64,000 nucleotides of DNA, taken from NCBI GenBank assembly GCA_965199495.1, contig CBDASK010000003.1, positions 704,001 through 768,000 of the forward strand, in the 5' to 3' direction. Below the pieces are notes generated by a model. It had not been told where the DNA came from and did not search any database. It saw only the letters and a list, made by a program, of their open reading frames with translations. Position numbers and translations under genes: made by a program. Source of the DNA: Abditibacterium sp. (GTDB lineage: Bacteria; Armatimonadota; Abditibacteriia; Abditibacteriales; Abditibacteriaceae). This document shows, piece by piece, positions 10,209-19,778 of this stretch (the stretch's first letter is position 1; the number at the start of each line of letters is the position of its first letter).

Positions 10209-10610
10209 GAACTCGCAGGCGGCGTCATCGCGCAATTTAATTCCAGTTGGACGACGCGCGTGCGCCGCGACGACTTGCTGACTTTGCACGTAGACGGTAC
10301 CAAAGGCAGCGCCGTGGCTGATCTGCGCGACTGCGTGATTCAGAGTTATGGAGCCACGCCGCGCCCAACGTGGAACCCCGACATTCCCAAAGCCTACGAT
10401 GGTTTCGAGCAATGGCAACAGATGCCCGAAGGTTTCCCCTTCGACAACGGCTTCAAAATTCAGTGGGAAATGTTCCTCAAACACGTCGCCTACGACACGC
10501 CCTACGAATTCACTTTGCTCGCAGGCGCCAAAGGTGTGCAGTTGGCCGAATTGGGCATCGAATCGTGGGAAAAACGCGCGTGGGTTGACGTGCCAAAGTT
10601 AGAGGTTTAA
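10209..10610 (+). pseudogene. C-terminal fragment of a Gfo/Idh/MocA oxidoreductase
   Basis: ELAGGVIAQFNSSWTTRVRRDDLLTLHVDGTKGSA...WNPDIP...FDNGFKIQWEMFL. The Rossmann N-terminus is absent and there is an upstream in-frame TAA at 10182-10184. Confidence 0.7.
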
Positions 10611-10733
10611 GTTGGAGTGTGCGGCCTAATTCTGCGAAGGTGGGATTGGGCTACTTTTCACTCACCATAGTTTGAAATCAAGTAAAATTACGTTGCTCTT
10701 ACAAAAATTTATAACTACGCAAAAGAGAATATA

Positions 10734-11468
10734 ATGGCTTTCACGAATCGGACATTTGAACTTTTATCTCAATTAGAAGACAGCGGCAAATACAGCTTCT
10801 ACCAAGAGAACGAAGATGAATTTAAGCAACAGCTTGTGATGCCTTTCCGCGAATTGATGCTTGAAGAGGTTATTCCCAATCTGCCGGATGAGATTTTGGA
10901 TACGATGGAAACCCAAAAGCGGATTTTTGGGCAGATGAACAAGAACGATTTCGGAAGAGGTGGAGCCAATCCGTTTTATTGGGCGGCACTCTCCCCTGAT
11001 CGATCAAAAAACAAGCAACAAGATGTTCAGTTGCTGACGTTCATCAATCACAAATATATCGAATTCGGCTACTTCTTTGGACATCAATGTCCACTCGAAA
11101 GGCAAGTAAAATACGCGGACAACATTCGCCATCTCTGCCAGTCAAAATCGGATTACGAAAAGGTCATTGATTTTCTTTCTGAGCAATTTCCAGTGGATAC
11201 TCTCTGCTTTCGCGATTCAGATTACGAAATTGAAGGCGAAGGAGTCAAAAGCTACGTGTTTACATGGCACGACTATTTCTTAACCGAAAATATCGCTGCT
11301 CATAATCCTATGGTCGTTTACTCCAAAGCAACCGTCCTTGGCATGACTATACAGGAATTAGCCGCCGAAATTTCCGCCACATTTGCTGGTCTCTTTCCGT
11401 TCATTATCCTGGCAATTTATAGAAATCCTTTGCCGATTTTACGTTCATACATCGAGTCGCGTGAGTGA
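10734..11468 (+). CDS. Hypothetical protein with DUF2461-like N-terminus; AT-richer than neighbours
   Basis: FTNRTFELLSQLE...FYQENEDEFKQQLVMPF resembles the DUF2461 start; visibly lower GC. Confidence 0.55.
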   Translation: MAFTNRTFELLSQLEDSGKYSFYQENEDEFKQQLVMPFRELMLEEVIPNLPDEILDTMETQKRIFGQMNKNDFGRGGANPFYWAALSPDRSKNKQQDVQLLTFINHKYIEFGYFFGHQCPLERQVKYADNIRHLCQSKSDYEKVIDFLSEQFPVDTLCFRDSDYEIEGEGVKSYVFTWHDYFLTENIAAHNPMVVYSKATVLGMTIQELAAEISATFAGLFPFIILAIYRNPLPILRSYIESRE

Positions 11469-11798
11469 CTCAAATGGAAATCGGGGGACACAATACCTAT
11501 TTCTTCATCATCGCTAACTCCGGCAGCGAGTCGGCTTGATCATCATATAAACCCCGACATCCACAACAAACGCCCCGCGACTTTTCGTCGCGAGGCGTTT
11601 GTCGGTTCGGCGTGGCTCAGGCCAGCGTAGCCGCGCTGACGATGGGCAAGAGATGGCCGTCGCCGGTTTTGCCGTCGATTTGACCGTTAGAACCCGTAAT
11701 CGCGCGCCTCGCTCATAACAGCCACGGCGCGAGGATTGCGCGCGGTTTGGTCGCATTGTCAGAACAGCGCAGAACAGCAAAACGTAAACTGGCTCTTG

Positions 11799-12392
11799 AT
11801 GGAAACGCAGAAAACTTTAATTTTTATCATCGGGCCGCAAGCGGTGGGCAAAATGACGGTGGGACACGAATTAAGTCGGGCGACCGGCTATAAATTTATG
11901 AGCAATCACCAAACGATTGAGACGTTGCTGCCGATTTTCGATTTCGGCACGCCCTCGTTTCGGCGCTTGCTCTTTGATTTTCGCGTGAGCATCTTCGAGG
12001 AAGTCGCGGCCAGCGAACTGCCCGGCTTCATCTGTTCGTTTGTGCCGGATTTCGATTCGGCATTGGATCGCGGACAGACCGAATGTTATGCGGCGCCTTT
12101 TCTGCGACGCGGCGGGCGAGTGCTGTTCGTCGAGTTGGAGGCGTCGCTTGAAACGCGATTGGAGCGCAACAAAACCGAATATCGCCAATTGCATAAGCCA
12201 TCGAAACGCGACAGCGAGTTTTCTGAGCAGCTCATCTATGCTGATGAAGACGAAAGATTGAATGTGGTTAGCGATTTCCCTTATGCGTATCCGCATTTGA
12301 AAATTAGCAACGAAAATCTCTCGCCCCAAGAAGTCGTGGCGCAGATTTGCGCTCATTTTGAATTGAAAATTGTTTCTACGCCAGCCAAGTGA
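11799..12392 (+). CDS. P-loop kinase (shikimate kinase-like AAA family)
   Basis: IIGPQAVGKMT Walker A; ELEASLETRLERN lid. Confidence 0.75.
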   Translation: METQKTLIFIIGPQAVGKMTVGHELSRATGYKFMSNHQTIETLLPIFDFGTPSFRRLLFDFRVSIFEEVAASELPGFICSFVPDFDSALDRGQTECYAAPFLRRGGRVLFVELEASLETRLERNKTEYRQLHKPSKRDSEFSEQLIYADEDERLNVVSDFPYAYPHLKISNENLSPQEVVAQICAHFELKIVSTPAK

Positions 12393-12531
12393 ACGGAGAA
12401 TCCAACGGGGTAACAGTCGCTCAGCAAGGCGCCGCATTCGACCGCTTCCAACCTCGATTTCGGCGCCGGTTCAACAGCATCATGCCAATACTTGCGCGTG
12501 GCCTTGTCATTCACTTTATAATCTTTGTGAA

Positions 12532-13074
12532 ATGTTTGAATATCAAGTGGATGGAGATATTATCCTGCGCTTATTGGAGCCACGTCACGCCGCTGCGCTT
12601 TTTGCTCTGGTTGAGACGAATCGCGGGCATCTGCGCCGGTGGCTGCCTTGGCTGGATACTAACATTGAGGTTTCCGACACACTCCGCTTCATCCACAGGA
12701 CGCAAAGACAATTCGCCGATAACGCGGGATTTGTCGCTGGCATTTGGTATGGCGGCGAGATCGCTGGCGTTATCGGTCATAATCGCATTGATTGGGAAAA
12801 TCGGATTAGCTGGCCCGGTTATTGGCTCGCCGAAGGATTCGGGGGCCAAGGCATTATGACGAAATCCTGTCACGCGCTTATCAGCCATGCCTTTTCTGAA
12901 CTCGATCTTAATCGCGTTGACATCCGATGTGCGGTTGAAAACCGCAAAAGTCGAGCGATTCCCGAACGACTTGGGCTTCGCCAAGAGGGGGTTATTCGCC
13001 AAGCCGAATGGCTCTATGATGAATTTGTTGACCATGTGGTTTATGGCGTTTTGACAAGCGAATGGCAAAACTAA
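12532..13074 (+). CDS. RimL/YdaF-like GNAT N-acetyltransferase
   Basis: NRGHLRRWLPW, GYWLAEGFGGQGIMT, NRKSRAIPERLG. Confidence 0.88.
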   Translation: MFEYQVDGDIILRLLEPRHAAALFALVETNRGHLRRWLPWLDTNIEVSDTLRFIHRTQRQFADNAGFVAGIWYGGEIAGVIGHNRIDWENRISWPGYWLAEGFGGQGIMTKSCHALISHAFSELDLNRVDIRCAVENRKSRAIPERLGLRQEGVIRQAEWLYDEFVDHVVYGVLTSEWQN

Positions 13075-13089
13075 AACACAATTAAAATC

Positions 13090-13995
13090 ATGTTCGAGTT
13101 TTATGAAACGGGCGAATTAAAGGACGATGACCTCGAACTCGTTTTGATCGAGAAATTCCCCGGCGACCCAGGCATCGGCTTTGTGCCCGCTTATAAGTTT
13201 GAGATGCGACGTGTCGGCACCAATCAAACGGTTGGCGAAATCCATTTGCGAATTGGCGATACGCACGCGCTCAAGATGTATGGCGGACATATCGGCTATA
13301 AAGTCGCCCGCGAATATCGAGGTCACAAATACGCCTCCAGAAGTATCAAATTGCTTTTATCTTTGGCGCAAAGTCACGGTCTCAATCCGATTTGGATTAC
13401 CTGCGATCCAGCGAATTTGGCATCGCGCAGGACGTGTGAATTGGCGGGCGCGCAACTCGTCGAAATCGTGGATTTGCCCGCAGAGACCGATTTATACCAA
13501 CGCGGCTTCCGCCGTGGCTGCCGTTATCGCCTCGATTTGTCAATGATTATGCAACCACATTTTATCCAGCTTCGGCCCGCAACAGAAGCCGATAGCGAGT
13601 TTTATTACGATGTCAAAAAGCAGGCGCTTGGACACTATGTCGCGCAGGTTTGGGGCTGGGACGAAGCGTTTCAACGCGAGTTTCATCGCGCGGATTTTGG
13701 ATTAAGGCGGCCCGATGTCGTGGTTTATCGTGATCTCGACATCGGCACAATTGAAATCATCAGCCACGCCGACCATATTCATCTGGGCGAGTTTTATTTG
13801 TTGCCACAATTTCAGCGGCAAGGCATCGGCACCGTTTTGCTGGAGCGAGTTTTGGCAGAGGCGAGAGAAAAAGAATGGCCGGTTCGATTGGAAGTTCTCA
13901 AAATTAATCCGGTGCGCTCATTGTATCAAAGGCACGGATTTGTCGTTACCGGCGAGCGCGAGCATCATTTTCTGATGGAGCGAGCGGTCGCCTGA
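13090..13995 (+). CDS. Tandem double-GNAT acetyltransferase
   Basis: Two acetyl-CoA motifs: GHIGYKVAREYRGHKYA and FYLLPQFQRQGIGT. Confidence 0.8.
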   Translation: MFEFYETGELKDDDLELVLIEKFPGDPGIGFVPAYKFEMRRVGTNQTVGEIHLRIGDTHALKMYGGHIGYKVAREYRGHKYASRSIKLLLSLAQSHGLNPIWITCDPANLASRRTCELAGAQLVEIVDLPAETDLYQRGFRRGCRYRLDLSMIMQPHFIQLRPATEADSEFYYDVKKQALGHYVAQVWGWDEAFQREFHRADFGLRRPDVVVYRDLDIGTIEIISHADHIHLGEFYLLPQFQRQGIGTVLLERVLAEAREKEWPVRLEVLKINPVRSLYQRHGFVVTGEREHHFLMERAVA

Positions 13996-14083
13996 GTAAC
14001 AACAGTTAAGGCGCCTTGTTTCGATGGCGGTGAGTGGCATAAAATTGTCCTATAGCCCTTCATAGTGGAAAGGCTACAACGGT

Positions 14084-14154
14084 GGGGCTGACGCCTCCTT
14101 CCAATCGGCGGACTTTCCTCGCTCTTAGACCGATTGGAAGGGTGCGTCAGCCCC
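14084..14154. repeat. Palindromic repeat, family GGGGCTGACGCACCCTTCCAATCGG
   Basis: Inverted arms; related copies at 22369, 28176 and 62033. Confidence 0.85.
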
Positions 14155-14202
14155 GCTCTCGGAAATGTAGCTTTCTGTTTAGGAAGGACTATATTTTAGA
14201 AA

Positions 14203-14715
14203 ATGCGAACACCCGATATTATTTTTTTGAACGGAACATCGAGTTCCGGCAAAACGACGCTCGCCCACGCACTGCAACGTCAACTTTCGACGGTTTACCT
14301 TCATGTGCCCGTGGATTCGTTTGGCGTTATGTTTCCCCAAAGCAAGTTGGGCGATGCCGAACTTTGTGCTTCTGCGACACCAAAGCTACTCGCGGGTTTT
14401 TATCGTTCCATCGCGGCTTTGGTTGACTGCGGCAACAGCGTCATCGCGGATACCGTCGCCCCGGCGCCTCATAGCGAAGTGTTCGAGCCTTTGTTCGCGA
14501 ATTTCGATGTGGTTTACGTGGCCGTTCGATGTCCACTCGAAGAATTGGAACGGCGCGAATCCGCGAGAGGCGACAGAAATATCGGACTCGCGCGCAGTCA
14601 ATTCTTCGAAATTCATCGCGCCTTGCGCTACGATATTGAGGTTGAGACTCACCAAAATAACGCCGAGCAGTGCGCGGCGTTGATCAAGCGATTTATAGAG
14701 TTTCGCGAATTCTGA
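14203..14715 (+). CDS. Chloramphenicol phosphotransferase-like P-loop kinase
   Basis: LNGTSSSGKTT, VRCPLEELERRESARGDRNIGLA, YDIEVET. Confidence 0.8.
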   Translation: MRTPDIIFLNGTSSSGKTTLAHALQRQLSTVYLHVPVDSFGVMFPQSKLGDAELCASATPKLLAGFYRSIAALVDCGNSVIADTVAPAPHSEVFEPLFANFDVVYVAVRCPLEELERRESARGDRNIGLARSQFFEIHRALRYDIEVETHQNNAEQCAALIKRFIEFREF

Positions 14716-14717
14716 CC

Positions 14718-15164
14718 ATGACTTCAAACATCGAACTCTGGGAGCGATTGCGCGAAATCGTCGCGTTGCGCTTCACCTCGAAAAGTCACACCGGCATCGG
14801 CTGGGGCGGCGCCGGAACTGGCATCGTCGAAGTCTCCGAACCCGCGCCCGATACATTGATATTCAACGAATTCGGCTCGTGGCGACAGGACGGCGGCCAA
14901 AAAATCCGGTTTTCCAACGTCTTTCGTTGGACGCGGTTGGACACACAAATTCGGCTCGAACATCTGCGTTTTGGCGCGGATCGTCCGGTTTTCTTGTTCG
15001 ACATGGCCGCCGATTCCGACGGGGTTTGGCGCGAAATCAATCCGCATCCGTGCCGCGACGATTGTTATCGGGCGTCGTTGCGCGTGCAATATGAGCACAT
15101 TTTCGTCAATTGGCGGGTGCTTGGCCCGAAACGCAACGAAGTTATCGATTACGTTTACGTTTAA
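14718..15164 (+). CDS. Conserved hypothetical protein (DUF6314-like)
   Basis: NVFRW, LEHLRFG and HPCRDDCY motifs. Confidence 0.6.
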   Translation: MTSNIELWERLREIVALRFTSKSHTGIGWGGAGTGIVEVSEPAPDTLIFNEFGSWRQDGGQKIRFSNVFRWTRLDTQIRLEHLRFGADRPVFLFDMAADSDGVWREINPHPCRDDCYRASLRVQYEHIFVNWRVLGPKRNEVIDYVYV

Positions 15165-15183
15165 ACAAGAAACTTGCTAAAGC

Positions 15184-15218
15184 AAAAGCCTCGCACTGAA
15201 ACAGTGCAAGGCTTTTTT
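15184..15218. terminator. Bidirectional intrinsic terminator
   Basis: aaaaGCCTCGCACTG-aaa-CAGTGCAAGGCtttttt between converging transcripts. Confidence 0.75.
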
Positions 15219-15223
15219 CAATT

Positions 15224-15297
15224 TACTCCCGACGGGATTCGAACCCGTGATCTCTACCTTGAAAGGGTAGCGACTTAAACCGCTTGTCTACGAGAGC
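15224..15297 (-). tRNA. tRNA-Glu (TTC); CCA not encoded
   Basis: Reverse complement GCTCTCGTAGACAAGCGGTTTAAGTCG-CTACC-CTTTCAA-GGTAG-AGATCACGGGTTCGAATCCCGTCGGGAGTA folds to a cloverleaf with a GTTCGAATC T-loop. Confidence 0.95.
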
Positions 15298-15362
15298 TTC
15301 CGGCGTAACGTGAGCCGAAAGGATGGACGAAATACTTTAACACATTTCGCGAGTTTTGTCCA

Positions 15363-16742
15363 CTATCGTTGCTCTTCGCGTTCGGCGATGGAGCGCATGA
15401 CTTTGGTGTAGGCGACTTCGTAACTCGCTTTGTCCGAGTCCATGACCGAGGCTTTGGTCGCTTCTTCGCGCGCCAGTTTGGCGTGGCGAATGATGGCGGC
15501 GCGCTCTGCGTCGGTTTGGCATTTGGCGCCGACCTCGGCCAGAGTTTCCAGCAAACAGAGAATAACTTTGGGCGAATCGGCGCCGTAATGCCGAATCATA
15601 TCGAAGCCCGAATCGCACAGACTGGGAAAAGTCACCGTGTGCGTGATGATGCGCAACTTGCCTTCGTCATCCAAAAGATAGGGCGAGGGAATTTCGCAGC
15701 GCAAAACGTGACGCAAGGCCGCGCCGATATGGCCCAGACAGGTGATGGCGGTGAACGGATCGTTGATGCCCGGCGACAGCGCGCGCGCGCCGACTTCGAC
15801 CAGTTGGTTGAAACCGTATTCGGCGTCCTGCACCGTCGTGCGCGAACGGCCCGTCAAGAAGCAGCCACGCGCCCTGTCTTCGTAAATCATCGGGTTGCGC
15901 GGCGGCCACACCGTGAGCAACGGATCGCCCTTGACGACCCAATCGCCCGAACCGTAACCCAGCTTGAAAATCGCGTCTTCGTGGACGGCGATTCGCAGCA
16001 AAACATCGTAATTGACGGCGCGCAAAAAGCCGTCTTTGGTCGCTTCGATGTTAATGCCCAGATCGAAATCGGGCAACGCCTCGCCTTCAACGCGCTTGTG
16101 TTGTTCGTCGGTCGCGCAGGCGCCGTGTTTGGCGCTTTTGCCCGCGCCAAACAAGCGCTCGATTTCAGCGTTCAAATCGCGCGCGGCGTCGGCAATCACA
16201 AAAGGCGCCTGAATCGCCTGCGCCATGTGATGCAGAAAATAGATCAGCAGAAACACGCACAAAACCGCGAGCGCCAGCGCCATCGTCACCGAAACCTGCG
16301 GCACGCCCGAACCGAAATTGGCGCCCTCATCGGCGGAGCGAATCGCGCGTAAAACGACCAGACAAAACAAAAAGGTGCCGTTAAACACGCCCAGCGCGAC
16401 CTGAAAACCGCGATCATCCATAAAGGTGCGCAACAGGCGCGAGCCGAACTGTCCCGACGCCAGCGCCAGAGCAGTGATGGCAATCGAAGAAGCGAGCGCC
16501 GAAACCGAGATAATCGAACCGGCGATGGCGCCCAACAAAGCACGCGCGCCGTCGGCGCCGCCCGAATAAAGAATGCTGTTCCCCACGCGCGCACCCAGAA
16601 CATTTCCGTTGAGGTTCAACGCCATCGCATCCACTTTCAAGGTCATTAACGCCAGAACCAAACCGCAGAGCGACAAAATCATCGGCACCGTCATGTAGGA
16701 ATAACGCAGCGAATCGAAGAAAAGTTGAAGCCGAAGTTTCAT
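15363..16742 (-). CDS. DUF2254 family membrane protein
   Basis: LASGQFGSRLLRTF, RTTVQDAEYG and RALSPGINDPFTA motifs. Confidence 0.85.
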   Translation of the reverse strand: MKLRLQLFFDSLRYSYMTVPMILSLCGLVLALMTLKVDAMALNLNGNVLGARVGNSILYSGGADGARALLGAIAGSIISVSALASSIAITALALASGQFGSRLLRTFMDDRGFQVALGVFNGTFLFCLVVLRAIRSADEGANFGSGVPQVSVTMALALAVLCVFLLIYFLHHMAQAIQAPFVIADAARDLNAEIERLFGAGKSAKHGACATDEQHKRVEGEALPDFDLGINIEATKDGFLRAVNYDVLLRIAVHEDAIFKLGYGSGDWVVKGDPLLTVWPPRNPMIYEDRARGCFLTGRSRTTVQDAEYGFNQLVEVGARALSPGINDPFTAITCLGHIGAALRHVLRCEIPSPYLLDDEGKLRIITHTVTFPSLCDSGFDMIRHYGADSPKVILCLLETLAEVGAKCQTDAERAAIIRHAKLAREEATKASVMDSDKASYEVAYTKVMRSIAEREEQR

Positions 16743-16821
16743 AAAAAGGAACGGCTCACGGTTGCGATTTTGTCGCCAATGCACTGCGCTTCAATTGCGG
16801 ATGAATAACGCAGAATTTTCA

Positions 16822-18735
16822 CTATTTCTGCAATTTCGCCCACGCCAACACGCCCGATACAAAACTCGACATCGCCCAACCGTGCGGCGCCGCCCAATAG
16901 GTTTGGCCTTCCGGCCCCTGCATGAGTTCGGGTAGCAACAATGTCGGCGTCGCGCGTTTGATGACGACGCGTAAAAAGCTCTGCGCGCGCTCGATGAGTT
17001 CGGCTTCGCCCGTCGCCGTGGCGACATGGAGGCAGCACCTCGCCATCCACAAAGTATTGACGCACGCCGGAACGCCGCCGACATATTCGTCGCCCTCAAA
17101 GCGCCGAATCGCGCGCGCGCCCATCCAATTCACTTCGAGTTTTTCCGTCACCGCCCGAATCGTGCCGCGCGCGATTGCGAGTTCGGCGGGCACGTTCAAA
17201 TCCAATAAACCAAACGGTTCGATGGCACCCAAACTCGCCGAATCCACGGTTTCATCGGGCGTTCCATCGGCGCGAAAACCGCGCACCAGATATTTGTAAT
17301 TGCCGTTATCGCGCACGAAATGTTTCAAAACGCCCGCCTTCATTTTGCGCGCAGCATTGAGATATTTTTGCTTGCCTGAAACGCGATGCGCCGTCAAAAA
17401 CGCGGCGTAAATTGCGGCGTTGGAATAGGTGAAAGAGCCGATGAAAGTTTCCCACGTATCGAAGGCGTTGAGATGCACGCCAGTTGCGCGGTCTTGCCGC
17501 GAAATCAAATAATCGGCGGCTTTAACCAACATTTTTTTGTGCGCGGCGGGAACGACGAAATCGGGGTACCCTTCGAGCCATTTGCCATAAGCCCAGCCGA
17601 CAGCGCCGACTTGATCAATTTGCAGCGTATCGGGCGGCAAACACCAGTTGGGCGCGACTTGACCGTTGAGAAAATATCGTTGATGCCACAATCCGCGCTC
17701 GTCTTGATGGCGCGCGCACCAATCGAACATCTGCGGCGCGGCGTCGGGGTAACCGGCGTCCAGTAGGCCGGAAACGTATTCGCCGCCGTCGCGCGGCCAA
17801 AAGTAGCCGTAGCCGCCGCACGAGATAAATTCGGGATCGAACTCCGGTGCAGCCACGGCGACGCCTTCGTCGCCGCGCAAAAGTGGCAATGCCAACAAAC
17901 TGCGTGCGTAAGTCTCTAATAAATCATCGGGCACGCGCGCGCCGGTCTGTTTTAATGTTTCCAATCCCGGCGCCAAAGTGCGCGCGTCGGCGGCCAAACG
18001 CGTCGCCAAAACCGCGTTAAAATCGCGCGTTTGCGCGGTTTGTAGAGTTTCAATCGCCGCGACTTGATCGGGCGCGAGGGCGAAAATCGCCAGCCGCTCG
18101 ACGCTTTCGCCCGGCTGCAACGCGACATAGAATCCGAACGCCCAGTTGACATCGCCGATTTCGAGTTGCTGGCACCCCAGCACGCCACTTTGCAACGCAT
18201 AGCGCGCGTTGTGCGCCCAGTTTTCGCCCGATTTGCCGCAGTGCCAACTTTCCAGCGCGTCGCCGCCGATGGCAACCGAGGCTTCGCGGTGGCTCTGCGT
18301 CAGAACACGCTTTTCAAAATCGAAAACCACGCCGTTGCCTTCGTGATGTCCGCCCAGCGCCCAGTGGCCGTAATGGTAAAAGCCGCCGTTTCGCCAGTCG
18401 TCGCCGATGTTTTCGACGCGGATGTGACGATACAAAACCGCCGCATCGTCGGGCATCACGTCGGTAAAAGTGACGCGAAAACCGTGACCGATCAAAACGG
18501 TTTGTAGCGCGTTGGAATCGGGCAAATAGCGCTGATTGCGCGACCAACTCTCTTCATAAAAATAGGAAAGTTGACCGCGCCCAGCGTCGCCCAGATAGGC
18601 GCAGGGCAGGCAGGAAGTGATGTGTTGGTCGGCGTCTTTGTGCGGATAAAACCAGCCCATCAATTCGCCCGAATGGCCGAGCGTGACGAGGTTATTGGCA
18701 TTGCCGAGAATGGAAGTCGGAAGAAAAACAGGCAT
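16822..18735 (-). CDS. Glycoside hydrolase family 15 (glucoamylase-like)
   Basis: AAPEFD, GYGYFWPRDG, QIDQ, DTWE, RRFEGDEYVGG and LLPE motifs. Confidence 0.85.
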   Translation of the reverse strand: MPVFLPTSILGNANNLVTLGHSGELMGWFYPHKDADQHITSCLPCAYLGDAGRGQLSYFYEESWSRNQRYLPDSNALQTVLIGHGFRVTFTDVMPDDAAVLYRHIRVENIGDDWRNGGFYHYGHWALGGHHEGNGVVFDFEKRVLTQSHREASVAIGGDALESWHCGKSGENWAHNARYALQSGVLGCQQLEIGDVNWAFGFYVALQPGESVERLAIFALAPDQVAAIETLQTAQTRDFNAVLATRLAADARTLAPGLETLKQTGARVPDDLLETYARSLLALPLLRGDEGVAVAAPEFDPEFISCGGYGYFWPRDGGEYVSGLLDAGYPDAAPQMFDWCARHQDERGLWHQRYFLNGQVAPNWCLPPDTLQIDQVGAVGWAYGKWLEGYPDFVVPAAHKKMLVKAADYLISRQDRATGVHLNAFDTWETFIGSFTYSNAAIYAAFLTAHRVSGKQKYLNAARKMKAGVLKHFVRDNGNYKYLVRGFRADGTPDETVDSASLGAIEPFGLLDLNVPAELAIARGTIRAVTEKLEVNWMGARAIRRFEGDEYVGGVPACVNTLWMARCCLHVATATGEAELIERAQSFLRVVIKRATPTLLLPELMQGPEGQTYWAAPHGWAMSSFVSGVLAWAKLQK

Positions 18736-18805
18736 TTTCGGAGAGCGAGTTTAACCTTTGCCGTGCCGTCCCGTGTTTGTGCGCACCAGTTACACTTTTG
18801 GCACA

Positions 18806-18985
18806 ATGAGAAGAGGAAATGTTATTTTCTGGCTGCTCCAACATCCGTGGGCGATAGTTCTGATCGCCGTTATTCTGCTGGCGACTGGAGCTTTCATCGT
18901 CTGGTATAACATTCAGGAAACCAATCAGAAAGAAATTCAGCGCAAACGTGACCGCGCGGATAACGGCAACATTTGGGACGATTGA
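18806..18985 (+). CDS. Small single-TM hypothetical protein
   Basis: 59 aa with one hydrophobic helix and a charged tail. Confidence 0.5.
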   Translation: MRRGNVIFWLLQHPWAIVLIAVILLATGAFIVWYNIQETNQKEIQRKRDRADNGNIWDD

Positions 18986-18994
18986 CGCTTTGAA

Positions 18995-19747
18995 TCAAGC
19001 CGGAGGAACGACCGGTTCGCGGCCATCGTAGCGCCACATCGGCGTGCTGGCCAGCGATTCCAATTTTTGCCATTTGACGTGACCATCCACATACAACAAG
19101 TTCACGCCGTCTTTGTGGCGAGGCAAGACGCCGCCATCTTTCAAATCGTCAACGCTCGTTATCGGATCAATGCCCGGATTGATCACGGCGTAGATGTTAT
19201 GAAAGTGGTAACTGTCATCGCTGCCGTCCAAAACTAAAATCGTGGTCGAAGGAAAACGGTAGCTCGACACGGACAAACTCGTCGGTTCGATGTGGAATTC
19301 TTTGGTAATTGTGCCGCCGTTTTGGGTCGTTTTTGTCTCGACAAAGGGCGTCACCATGTCGTAACTTCCGTTAAAGCCATCGCGAACTGGGGGCGAGGTG
19401 CCGGGAATTTCTTCCGTCAACGGAGGACAACCCGGCACATATTTGCCACGATTGGCCGAGGGACACTGAAAGAGCGCGGGCGATTTCGCATAGGGATAGA
19501 TTGCGTCCACCCAGGTGCATCCGGGACTGGTCTCGACGACTGGATAACGTTGACGATGATCGCTGGCGTAGAGAGACATCGCCTGACCGATCTGTCTCAG
19601 GTTGGAAGCGCAACTCGTCGTACGCGCGCCCTCGCGCGCGCTGTTGAAGACGGGAAAGAGCAACCCCGCCAGCATCACAACGATGCCGATGACGACGAGA
19701 ATCTCGATCAGGGTAAAGGCGTGCGCGCGAGAACGTTGATGCTTCAT
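18995..19747 (-). CDS. DUF1559 prepilin-type N-terminal methylation / H-X9-DG protein
   Basis: AFTLIEILVVIGIV...LFPVFNSAREGARTTSCASNLRQIG; C-terminal RHKDGVNLLYVDGHVKW. Confidence 0.9.
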   Translation of the reverse strand: MKHQRSRAHAFTLIEILVVIGIVVMLAGLLFPVFNSAREGARTTSCASNLRQIGQAMSLYASDHRQRYPVVETSPGCTWVDAIYPYAKSPALFQCPSANRGKYVPGCPPLTEEIPGTSPPVRDGFNGSYDMVTPFVETKTTQNGGTITKEFHIEPTSLSVSSYRFPSTTILVLDGSDDSYHFHNIYAVINPGIDPITSVDDLKDGGVLPRHKDGVNLLYVDGHVKWQKLESLASTPMWRYDGREPVVPPA

Positions 19748-19778
19748 TGGAACGGCTCCTTGCAAAGTTTGGTTGACA

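Noticed and set aside
11460..15180. Integron cassette array (GNAT/kinase genes are typical cassette cargo)
   Set aside because: No repeated attC-like RYYYAAC...GTTRRRY palindromes between the genes, several genes are only a few bp apart, and there is no integrase in the window.
15224..15297. Prophage or integrative element attached at tRNA-Glu
   Set aside because: No duplicated tRNA 3' end and no integrase or phage genes were seen.
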